Source: Anaerolineae bacterium
GTDB taxonomy: Bacteria > Chloroflexota > Anaerolineae > UBA1429
Length of the DNA stretch: 64,000 nt
Assembly (NCBI GenBank): GCA_041685915.1
Contig: JAWLEV010000003.1
Location: forward strand, 11,206 to 75,205
Direction of reading: 5' to 3'
Of the stretch, positions 56,616 to 64,000 are shown one piece after another. The first letter of the stretch is position 1. Every line of letters begins with the position of its first letter. The notes under the pieces were generated by a model. The model did not search any database. It saw only the letters and a program-made list of their open reading frames with translations, and had not been told where the DNA came from. The translations under genes were made by a program, and so were the position numbers.

Positions 56616-59570
56616 GTGTGTCTGCAACCTGATGATTGGGGCAAAGTGGGAAAGCCCTTCCTCATACTATGCATCGCCTTTTTGCTCATTCTGATCCCCA
56701 CCAATCTTTGGCTGCGGACAGCGGGAGCGTTTGTCCTGACCTGTCTTCTCCCCGGATTCCTCCTTGGAGAGATCCTCTTTGGAGATGACGTGGCATTGGA
56801 CGTAGTAGAGAGACTGGGGATCTATATGGGACAGGGATATGTCGCCATGGTACTTGGTACGCTCCTCCTTCACTATATTCCGGGCTCCCTTCCCCCCAAA
56901 TCTATTCTGGGATTTTATGGCCTTCTGACCGTCGTACTTTTACTCTTCAGAACTGGCCAGGAACCTGGTGCCCCATGGCACCTCTCCCTCTCAAGCAAAG
57001 CCACGATCTGCTTGGTGATTCTTCTGTTGCTGGCCGGCTTTTTCCGTTTCACCCACTTGGGCTATTCGGAATTTCAGGGCGATGAGGGAAGAGCCCTTCT
57101 CAGAGCCGCAGAGATCCTGCAGGGAAACGACGAGGTCCTTTTCCTACACAAAAAGGGGCCCGTGGAAATCCTCGTACCCGCCGCCCTCTATGCCTCCCTA
57201 AGGCGCATTACCGAGGCCGCAGCCCGCTTCCCTTTCACTATGGCCAATCTCGCTGGCGTTGTCGCCCTTTTTGCACTGGGGCGAAGGCTGTTCAATGTAC
57301 ACGTTGGCCTGCTGGCCATGGCCCTCGTGACCATCGATGGCTTTTGTATCGGCTTCTCCCGCATCGTGCAGTATCAGAGCATCGTGCTCCTCATGACCCT
57401 CCTGACCCTGTTTTGTACCTATAGATGGTACCAGACAGAGGGGCAGCGGTCATCCTACCTGCTGGCTGCAGCAGCCTTCGCCGGCATCGCCCTGCTCGCC
57501 CATTATGAAGGCTTTTTCATCCTGCCCGGCGCCTTTTACATAGTCTGGTACGTGGCTAAAAGGAGGGGCTGGCCCCTCGATCAAGTTGCACGACGCGTCG
57601 GCCTCCCCATCCTGGTCGGCTGCAGTATCGTGGGCATCTTTTATATTCCCTTTACTTTACATCCCAACTTCTCGGAAACCCTGGAGTATCTGACCGACAG
57701 GCGAGTGGGAGTGAGCGACGGGCTGCCCTATAATAACATCACCGATTTCTTCTGGCGGACAAGTTACTACAACGCCTCCTATTATCCCCTGTTGATGGGG
57801 GCACTCCTCCTCACCACCATACAGTCCCTCCTGTTGCGAACACATAAAAAGCGTCTCATACGCATAGGTATATGCATCTTGAGCCTCGGCGCCTGGTTGC
57901 TGATCACCCTTTTCCCTTCCTGGTGGCAATTTGGCTCCGTCAATCTGTCAGTCATCGTTTTTCTCATCACCGGCATCCTGCTCCTCCGCGCTCCCTTATC
58001 TATAGAAGAGCGTACCCTTCTCATATGGTTCGGCAGCGCCGCCCTGCTCTACTTCTTTCTCATGGTCAAAGTTCACACCCATTATTATGTCGCTCTAATT
58101 CCCTGGATACTGCTCGTTGCCGGTAGTCTTTCGAAAGGATGGCGTTGGATAGGCCGCCGATGGAAGTCCATAATCTGGGTAACTGCTCTCTTGGGCATAG
58201 GATTCTGGATTCTATGCGGCTACTATGTGTACATCGTCTTTGTGCGTCATTCTGTGGAATACCACCAGAACTATCCTGCGGCGAAACCGGCCATCTACTG
58301 GACGCCCTTCGATGAGCGTCCCCAGGGAGGCTACTTTGGCTTCCCCTACCGCACGGCCTGGAAGGCCGTTGGTGGCATGTACGACGCGGGGATACTACAG
58401 GGAACGTATGACAGCAATCAGAAGGAACGGATCACCAACTGGTACACCCGTGGCGCCATGCGCTGCCCACAGGGCGACTACTTCATTATAGCACGTGACG
58501 TGGAGGACCCCCACGAGATAATCCCTGGCGTGATCACCGGTGAGTATATGCCCGCCATGGAGGTCCTGTGCGAGGGCGAACCGGAACTTTGGATCTTTGA
58601 ACGTGGCTACGACGGCCCTCTACAAAGTTACGACTATGCGACATATGCTGCCGATTTCGATCAACGCCTCTCGGCCCCCGTCTTTCGCGTGGGCGCTCCC
58701 CTGGATGAGGTTTTCGAGCCCCCCCATCACATGGATGCCAGTTTCGGCGGACATTTCCAACTCGCGGGATGGGACCTGAATCCCACCATCGTCGCCAGAG
58801 ACGACAGGACAATTCTGAGCCTCTATTGGCGAACTCTGAAACCAACCTCGGCCAACTACCACGTTTTTGTACATGTAGGCGGGAGAGACACCGTGGCCCA
58901 GGAGGATAGCGTGCCACGGTGCGGTCAACACCCTACGTATCGCTGGAAACAGGGAGAGGAGGTTGTGGACCACTATCTTCTCGAAATTCCTCCAGAAACC
59001 CCTTTGGGCGTGTACCCCATCCGTGTGGGCATGTACGATTTTATGAGCAAGGATCGTCTCACCATCAAGGACGCGGAAGGACGCGAGACGGATAGCTTGC
59101 GCCTCGCCCATATGCGCATCGGCGAGCCCCAGACAGAGAGACCTGACGTCACAGATGAATACACGGCGAAGCTGGGAGAAAAGATCCGCCTCCTAGGATA
59201 CGATCTCCCCGATACCCAACTACAGCCCGGCCAAGATGTATCCTTGACACTATATTGGGAGTGTCTGGACAGCATGGAAACGGACTATACAGTTTTTGTG
59301 CACCTTCTGGGACCCGACGGGGAGATATATGGCCAGAGGGACACCTTCCCCTTGAACGGTCGCTTACCCACCACATTCTGGGTCCCTCAAGAGACCCTGT
59401 CCGATCCCTACAACATCGATGTGACCAAAGACGCACCGTCGGGAACCTACTCCCTTGCCATCGGAATGTACGACTTGCATAGTGGCGACCGGCTCCCGGC
59501 GACGAGCGTCGACGGCACTTCTCTGCCCAACGATCAGATTACGCTGCCTACCACACTTTCTCATGACTGA
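56616..59570 (+). CDS. GT-C fold membrane glycosyltransferase paralog with two tandem copies of the C-terminal repeat domain. Start uncertain (ORF opens at 56505; GTG 56616 precedes the first TM helix).
   Basis: Same architecture as 54002..56569 (HLGYSEFQGDEGRALLRAAEILQGNDEVLFLHKKGPVE). The ORF overlaps the upstream gene's last 65 nt. Confidence 0.7.
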   Translation: MCLQPDDWGKVGKPFLILCIAFLLILIPTNLWLRTAGAFVLTCLLPGFLLGEILFGDDVALDVVERLGIYMGQGYVAMVLGTLLLHYIPGSLPPKSILGFYGLLTVVLLLFRTGQEPGAPWHLSLSSKATICLVILLLLAGFFRFTHLGYSEFQGDEGRALLRAAEILQGNDEVLFLHKKGPVEILVPAALYASLRRITEAAARFPFTMANLAGVVALFALGRRLFNVHVGLLAMALVTIDGFCIGFSRIVQYQSIVLLMTLLTLFCTYRWYQTEGQRSSYLLAAAAFAGIALLAHYEGFFILPGAFYIVWYVAKRRGWPLDQVARRVGLPILVGCSIVGIFYIPFTLHPNFSETLEYLTDRRVGVSDGLPYNNITDFFWRTSYYNASYYPLLMGALLLTTIQSLLLRTHKKRLIRIGICILSLGAWLLITLFPSWWQFGSVNLSVIVFLITGILLLRAPLSIEERTLLIWFGSAALLYFFLMVKVHTHYYVALIPWILLVAGSLSKGWRWIGRRWKSIIWVTALLGIGFWILCGYYVYIVFVRHSVEYHQNYPAAKPAIYWTPFDERPQGGYFGFPYRTAWKAVGGMYDAGILQGTYDSNQKERITNWYTRGAMRCPQGDYFIIARDVEDPHEIIPGVITGEYMPAMEVLCEGEPELWIFERGYDGPLQSYDYATYAADFDQRLSAPVFRVGAPLDEVFEPPHHMDASFGGHFQLAGWDLNPTIVARDDRTILSLYWRTLKPTSANYHVFVHVGGRDTVAQEDSVPRCGQHPTYRWKQGEEVVDHYLLEIPPETPLGVYPIRVGMYDFMSKDRLTIKDAEGRETDSLRLAHMRIGEPQTERPDVTDEYTAKLGEKIRLLGYDLPDTQLQPGQDVSLTLYWECLDSMETDYTVFVHLLGPDGEIYGQRDTFPLNGRLPTTFWVPQETLSDPYNIDVTKDAPSGTYSLAIGMYDLHSGDRLPATSVDGTSLPNDQITLPTTLSHD
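58743..59130 (+). repeat. C-terminal repeat domain, copy 2
   Basis: FQLAGWDLNPTIVARDDRTILSLYWRTLKPTSANYHVFVHVGGRD...PTYRWKQGEEVVDHYLLEIPPETPLGVYPIRVGMYDFMSKDRL. Confidence 0.6.
59171..59567 (+). repeat. C-terminal repeat domain, copy 3
   Basis: IRLLGYDLPDTQLQPGQDVSLTLYWECLDSMETDYTVFVHLLGPDGEIYGQRDTFPLNGRLPTTFWVPQETLSDPYNIDVTKDAPSGTYSLAIGMYDLHSGDRLP. Confidence 0.6.
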
Positions 59571-60588
59571 AACATCACCCAAAAACGCGAACAATCTGAA
59601 AAAAGCCCTGTTCGGACTGCCCCATATCATCACATGGATCCTTATATTAGCCACCGTGGCCGCCTTTGGCCTGTGGGGCTTTTCACACCTCGATGGCTTC
59701 TCCTGGAGCTGGGACGAAAGCCTGCTCATTGCTACCGCACGGGCGGTGAATGCAGGGAACGCCCTCTATGAGGAGATTTGGTACGATTATCCTCCCCTAT
59801 TCCCTTTACTCCTGCAACCAGCATTCCGACTCGGCTCCGAACCCATACAGGCTGCTCGAGGCCTCATCGTCGTATGTAGCCTCGTAACCCTGATAAGCGC
59901 GGGCTGGATTACTCATCAGGTAAGCCATAGCGATCTGGCCTCTATAACAGCAGTTCTCCTGCTCCTGTTGGCACCCCCTTTTGTGGCCAACTCACGAGCC
60001 GCCCTGGCAGATCTCCCCGCCCTCACACTGGCTGCACTGGCACTGGCGACCACCTTGCACGGCAAAAAGTCAGAGGCCCGGCCATGGTTCGCTGTGGCCG
60101 GATTTCTCTACAGCGCAAGCCTGGCCATCAAACCAACCTCCTACTTTGTCATCTTGCCCATGATCGTCCTGTTGTGGACCGGAGATGGCGACACCGCTTT
60201 TCCTTTACAGGACTTGACGGCACTGGTTGAGCGGCTCCTCTTTGTCGCCGGAGGTTGCACTATCGGGCTCATTCTCTTTTTCGCCTGGGTGCCCATGAGG
60301 GCCTTTCTCCAACAACTGCTCCAAACCTATTGGGGTGCTCAACAACACCACGGTTTCGAGTTTGTGGAGAACTTGAGGCACGTATGGCTCTACTTTGTTG
60401 GAGACGAGTATGGCGGCTCACAATGCGGACTCTTTTCCCTGAGCGCTTTTGGATGTCTGGCCATGTTGATGCTTCTCGCCGACGGAGTCCTGACAATGCC
60501 GTCAGATTGGAGAGCAGGCCATACCCGTAACTGCAGGCAGCCACCTCCCTCCAAGGATATCTTTATCCAAATTGCTGTTAGTAGATAG
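59563..60588 (+). CDS. Short (341 aa) GT-C-like polytopic membrane protein without the C-terminal soluble domains
   Basis: Start ATG overlaps the upstream stop (ATGACTGA). The first loop FSWSWDESLLIATARAVNAGNALYEEIWYDYPPLF matches the loop of the partial gene at 63073 (FAWKYDEGINVSKAQLLLDRHHLYEDIWSDQPPLF). Confidence 0.6.
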   Translation: MTETSPKNANNLKKALFGLPHIITWILILATVAAFGLWGFSHLDGFSWSWDESLLIATARAVNAGNALYEEIWYDYPPLFPLLLQPAFRLGSEPIQAARGLIVVCSLVTLISAGWITHQVSHSDLASITAVLLLLLAPPFVANSRAALADLPALTLAALALATTLHGKKSEARPWFAVAGFLYSASLAIKPTSYFVILPMIVLLWTGDGDTAFPLQDLTALVERLLFVAGGCTIGLILFFAWVPMRAFLQQLLQTYWGAQQHHGFEFVENLRHVWLYFVGDEYGGSQCGLFSLSAFGCLAMLMLLADGVLTMPSDWRAGHTRNCRQPPPSKDIFIQIAVSR

Positions 60589-60676
60589 AGATGATATCAT
60601 AATTGCTCAGTAAAGAGCGAGCACATATACCTTCAGTTGAAAGAAGGGCTGATCGACTAGTGTTGACTATGCACCG

Positions 60677-63076
60677 ATGAACCTGAAAGAATACATAGCA
60701 GGTAAATGGGGGAAGGCGGGGATCATCATCCTGGTCATCGTCCTGGCCCTATCCCTGTTCCTCCGTCTCTATGCCATAGACGTCTTCCTCGCCGGCGACG
60801 AGACAAAGTGGATCTGCCGTAGCATCAATTTCCACAACGCCCTTGTAAACGGGGATTGGCCCTCCACTTATCAGTCGGAACACCCCGGTGTGATCACCAT
60901 GTTGACCGGAACCTTGGCCGTCCCCTTGAACAAGGCCGGGGAATGGATTGGTTTATGTCAGGAAATGGGTGGCAGCAAACTTACCCGCGTGGACGACAGG
61001 GCGACATTGCTATGTTTGCCATCGCTGATCTTTCAGGCCAGACGCGCCCTCGCTGTCATCACCTGGGGTGGCATCGTCGTCCTCTCTCTTCTTCTACAAA
61101 AACTGTTTGAAAAAAGCGTAGCCTTGCTCGCCACGACCCTGGTCGCCCTCGACCCCTTCCATCTGGCCCTGTCCCGCGTCCTTCATCTGGACGCCCTCCT
61201 TACCACCTTTATGACCCTCTCGATGATCAGTCTGTTGATATACGAACTGCGAGATCGACGTCGAGGATATCTTTACCTTTCGGGTATCATGTGTGGACTG
61301 GCCATAGCCAACAAGTCACCCGCCCTCTTTCTTCTCCCCTTCACGGCCATGATCCTTGCCCTCAAAGCGCTCCGTGGAAAAAGGGAGAACCGCCCCATGC
61401 GTCTCAAAGAGGCACTGCACACCATGATTATATGGAGCGGTATCGCCGGAGCCGTCGTGCTTTTATTATGGCCCTCCCTGTGGGCGAACCCCGTGGGAAC
61501 CTTGAAGAATGTGCTGGGGGCGGCCGTAGAGTACGCCGAAGAACCCCACGGCAACTCGAATTTTTTCTGGTTTGCCATACGGCCCGACCCGGGCCCGGCC
61601 TTTTATCCCGTTGCCTGGCTGTTCCGCACTACGCCGTGGGTTATCGTGGGTTTGATACTCTTGATAGTGAAGATGATCCGCCAGAAGGACCACAACCAGA
61701 GCGTCACCTCTATGCTCCTCTTTGTCCTCCTGTACACCCTCTTTATGACCACGGGGGCAAAAAAGTTTGACAGATACCTGCTCCCCGTCATCCCTACCCT
61801 GAATATCCTCTCCGCCCTGGGATGGATGTGGGGGCTGCGACGGATGACTGGGAAGCGCTTGCGCAATCGGCACACATGCGCTCCCCTTTTGCTTTGCGGA
61901 TTCTTGGCCATCACACAATTGGCGTTGATCTGGCCCACACAGCCCTACTATTTTTCCTATTACAATCCCCTCCTTGGAGGTGCACGGACGGCCACCAGGA
62001 TCCTCCTCGTTGGCTGGGGGGAGGGAATGGAAAAGGCCGCCGCTTACCTCAACGATAAGCCAGGGGCCGAGGAATTCCACGTCAATACCGCACACATCTC
62101 CCAGTTGGCCCCCTTTTTCAAAGGCCATACGAGCAGCGCCTCGGAACTCGATCTCGCCGAATCGGACTACTATGTCTTCTACTGGAATACCATCCAGCGT
62201 CGGCGCGAGCCAGAGGTTCTGAACCGCTTCTATAGTGTCGAGGAACCGGAGCACGTTGTACGCGTGAATGGCATCGACTACGTTTGGATCTATCCCAACA
62301 CCCTCTACCGCCCTGTGATTGACTACCTTGAGGAAAGGGCTGACCGTAAGCAAGACATCGTGCTCGTCGACGTGAATACGGCCCTCATGCGCCAATACGA
62401 GGGCCCCCTTGATCTGGTCGCCGTCGATGGCGCCCAGACAGAAGATGACATCGTACAGGAACTCTCCCAGGTTACAGCGGGGCGGCAAAGGGTATGGTTC
62501 CTGACCTTTCCAGAAACACCCGGAGATCCCCGTCAACTCGTTCGCCATCACCTGGAAAAGCAAGCACAAGGCGTGCAGAAAATAACCTTTGAGGGTATGG
62601 TTTTGGAGTGCTTCGAACTCGATGACGAGGCACACTTCACCCTCCCCACGCCCACAGTGCCACGAAAAGTCCGCCTTGGAAAAAAGATCCACCTGATCGG
62701 CTATGACCTGCCCCAGAGAACGATCACAGACGAGAAACCTCTGACGGTCCGCCTCTATTGGCGTACAGAGGCCCTCCTGGACACCAATTATACCGTCTTT
62801 GTCCACCTGCTGGGGCCAGATGGCGCCAGGTACGGCCAGAAGGACAGTACCCCACAGAACGGTGCGCGTCCAACGGACATCTGGCTCACGGATGAGATCA
62901 TCGCCGACGAGTACAGGATCGATGTGGCGGAGGATGCCCCCCCAGGAGCCTATGCGCTGGCTGTGGGAATGTACAATTGGGAGACGGGTGAACGCCTTCC
63001 CGCCCGGGAAGGACAGGAACACCTGGATGAGAACCGCATCCTCATTGAGGGCTTATACAAGGAAGAGACCCCATGA
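60677..63076 (+). CDS. GT-C fold membrane glycosyltransferase (PMT/ArnT-like) with one C-terminal repeat-domain copy
   Basis: Polytopic N-terminal domain (LRLYAIDVFLAGDETKW...) plus a C-terminal domain about 50% identical to the second domain copy of the 56616..59570 protein. Confidence 0.75.
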   Translation: MNLKEYIAGKWGKAGIIILVIVLALSLFLRLYAIDVFLAGDETKWICRSINFHNALVNGDWPSTYQSEHPGVITMLTGTLAVPLNKAGEWIGLCQEMGGSKLTRVDDRATLLCLPSLIFQARRALAVITWGGIVVLSLLLQKLFEKSVALLATTLVALDPFHLALSRVLHLDALLTTFMTLSMISLLIYELRDRRRGYLYLSGIMCGLAIANKSPALFLLPFTAMILALKALRGKRENRPMRLKEALHTMIIWSGIAGAVVLLLWPSLWANPVGTLKNVLGAAVEYAEEPHGNSNFFWFAIRPDPGPAFYPVAWLFRTTPWVIVGLILLIVKMIRQKDHNQSVTSMLLFVLLYTLFMTTGAKKFDRYLLPVIPTLNILSALGWMWGLRRMTGKRLRNRHTCAPLLLCGFLAITQLALIWPTQPYYFSYYNPLLGGARTATRILLVGWGEGMEKAAAYLNDKPGAEEFHVNTAHISQLAPFFKGHTSSASELDLAESDYYVFYWNTIQRRREPEVLNRFYSVEEPEHVVRVNGIDYVWIYPNTLYRPVIDYLEERADRKQDIVLVDVNTALMRQYEGPLDLVAVDGAQTEDDIVQELSQVTAGRQRVWFLTFPETPGDPRQLVRHHLEKQAQGVQKITFEGMVLECFELDDEAHFTLPTPTVPRKVRLGKKIHLIGYDLPQRTITDEKPLTVRLYWRTEALLDTNYTVFVHLLGPDGARYGQKDSTPQNGARPTDIWLTDEIIADEYRIDVAEDAPPGAYALAVGMYNWETGERLPAREGQEHLDENRILIEGLYKEETP
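62676..63073 (+). repeat. C-terminal repeat domain, copy 4
   Basis: IHLIGYDLPQRTITDEKPLTVRLYWRTEALLDTNYTVFVHLLGPDGARYGQKDSTPQNGARPTDIWLTDEIIADEYRIDVAEDAPPGAYALAVGMYNWETGERLP. Confidence 0.6.
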
Positions 63077-64000
63077 GCAAAGCGATGCGATCCCAAATCC
63101 TTTTCTGGACGCTGTTGATACTCCTCGTCGTGCTATTCATCCTTTGGCAATGGGGGCCCGTCCACAGCTTTGCCTGGAAATACGACGAGGGGATAAATGT
63201 ATCAAAAGCACAGTTGTTGTTGGATCGTCACCACCTCTATGAGGACATTTGGTCCGATCAGCCACCACTGTTCACCTTCATGCTCGCGACAACCTTTCTC
63301 CTGTTCGGTGAGAGCGTTGCCGTCGGACGCCTCATGGTACTTGCCCTGGCCGGATTGGCCTTGCTGTCGCTGGCCTGGATCGCGGAACAGGTGGCGGGCA
63401 AGGTGGCAGCGCTCCTGGCTGCCGTGGCTCTAGCATTGTTTCCCCACTTTCAGGAACTGTCCCAGTTGATCATGATCGGACTGCCAGCCATCAGCCTTGG
63501 GCTACTCGCCCTCGCCTTTGGATTTCGATATCGGGCAAAAGGTCGAATGCGCTGGCTGCTATTTGCAGGGCTTTCATTTGGTCTCAGTCTACTCGTCAAG
63601 CCCATCACAGCGCCCATGTTTCTGCCCCTCAGCATGCTATCCTTCGGAATATGGGAGGAAAGACTCCCTCTCCATAAGCGCATTCCGCCATGGACTTTCT
63701 TTGCCGCGGCGACCCTACTTCCCGTTATGGTCGCCCTTATATGTTGTAGCCCCCGTGCCTTTGTCCAGCAAGTAGCGGGTACGCTGTTCGGCGCACGGAG
63801 AGCACATAACCTTTCCCTGATCGAGAATGTCCGCCAAATTGGCATCTACCTTTCCCGTGATAAATGGGAACTGTCGCATGCCGGCCTTTCTATCCTGGCG
63901 CTCCTGGGCATGACCTCCCTGGTCCTGCATCGCCGCTGGCACCCACTCGCCATCCTCGGAACGTGGCTCGGCGGCGTATTAGGGGCCCTCGTCCTTCACA
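63073..64000 (+). CDS. GT-C-like membrane glycosyltransferase paralog, partial (continues beyond the window end)
   Basis: ATG overlaps the upstream stop (ATGA). I translated it manually to the window end with no stop. It is absent from the ORF track because it has no in-window stop. Confidence 0.6.
   Translation, partial: MSKAMRSQILFWTLLILLVVLFILWQWGPVHSFAWKYDEGINVSKAQLLLDRHHLYEDIWSDQPPLFTFMLATTFLLFGESVAVGRLMVLALAGLALLSLAWIAEQVAGKVAALLAAVALALFPHFQELSQLIMIGLPAISLGLLALAFGFRYRAKGRMRWLLFAGLSFGLSLLVKPITAPMFLPLSMLSFGIWEERLPLHKRIPPWTFFAAATLLPVMVALICCSPRAFVQQVAGTLFGARRAHNLSLIENVRQIGIYLSRDKWELSHAGLSILALLGMTSLVLHRRWHPLAILGTWLGGVLGALVLH

Noticed and set aside
61466-63022. 518-aa minus-strand ORF
   Set aside because: It is antisense to the GT-C gene 60677..63076, which carries the conserved C-terminal repeat domain shared with two neighbours. 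It is a shadow ORF.
1-64000. CRISPR arrays, rRNA/tRNA genes, IS elements, tandem DNA repeats
   Set aside because: Apart from the tmRNA tRNA-like domain, I found no regularly spaced direct repeats, tRNA cloverleaf ends (GGTTCGA...CCA contexts), transposase motifs or rRNA-like segments when reading both strands.

Overview
This 64 kb window looks like a fairly GC-rich (~57%) bacterial chromosome segment with dense coding on both strands. I could not run searches, so every call below rests on motifs and patterns I read directly from the ORF translations and the sequence. The window contains the following, in order.

(1) A truncated adenine deaminase and a Cys-type sulfatase.
(2) A cNMP-binding membrane protein with two bacterial-PH-like repeats.
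(3) A LuxR-HTH/Kelch membrane protein, an OsmC-family protein, dihydrolipoyl dehydrogenase and a DUF503 protein.
(4) An nfnAB-like pair (electron-bifurcating NADPH:ferredoxin oxidoreductase) behind a consensus promoter with an operator palindrome.
(5) A ThuA-family protein.
(6) A five-gene minus-strand operon: MBL-hydrolase, SAM-methyltransferase, bshC, bshB and bshA (bacillithiol biosynthesis).
(7) A GH4 glycosidase and a ~1000-aa glycoside hydrolase.
(8) An FAH-family hydrolase divergent from a tungsten-type aldehyde:ferredoxin oxidoreductase (AOR), followed by a GT2-like glycosyltransferase.
(9) A 1131-aa S8 subtilase.
(10) The tmRNA gene (ssrA) next to mtnP, smpB and ctpA.
(11) A MacAB-like efflux operon.
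(12) A tyrosine recombinase abutting a 730-bp AT-rich intergenic region, then an ANTAR response regulator plus histidine kinase.
(13) A sugar-related block: Gfo/Idh/MocA oxidoreductase, TIM-barrel sugar-phosphate isomerase/epimerase and a sulfatase-like enzyme.
(14) A GlsB/YeaQ-family gene and a small acidic repeat protein.
(15) Two ORFs that are actually one frame interrupted by a single UGA with a SECIS-like hairpin just downstream. I interpret this as a ~638-aa selenoprotein: an Rdx/SelW-like CxxC domain, then a GrdB/PrdB-like U-x-x-C selenoprotein-B core, then a ~430-aa unknown domain. It is followed by an HprK-like P-loop protein and an FAD oxidoreductase.
(16) A large glycosylation locus: a flippase-like membrane protein, a DPM1/ArnC-like GT2 and five paralogous GT-C (PMT/ArnT-like) membrane glycosyltransferases. 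Three of these carry a repeated ~130-aa C-terminal domain I do not recognise.

The most interesting items are the putative novel selenoprotein, the GT-C paralog array with its unrecognised C-terminal repeat domain, and the bsh operon with an embedded methyltransferase (possible N-methyl-bacillithiol route).
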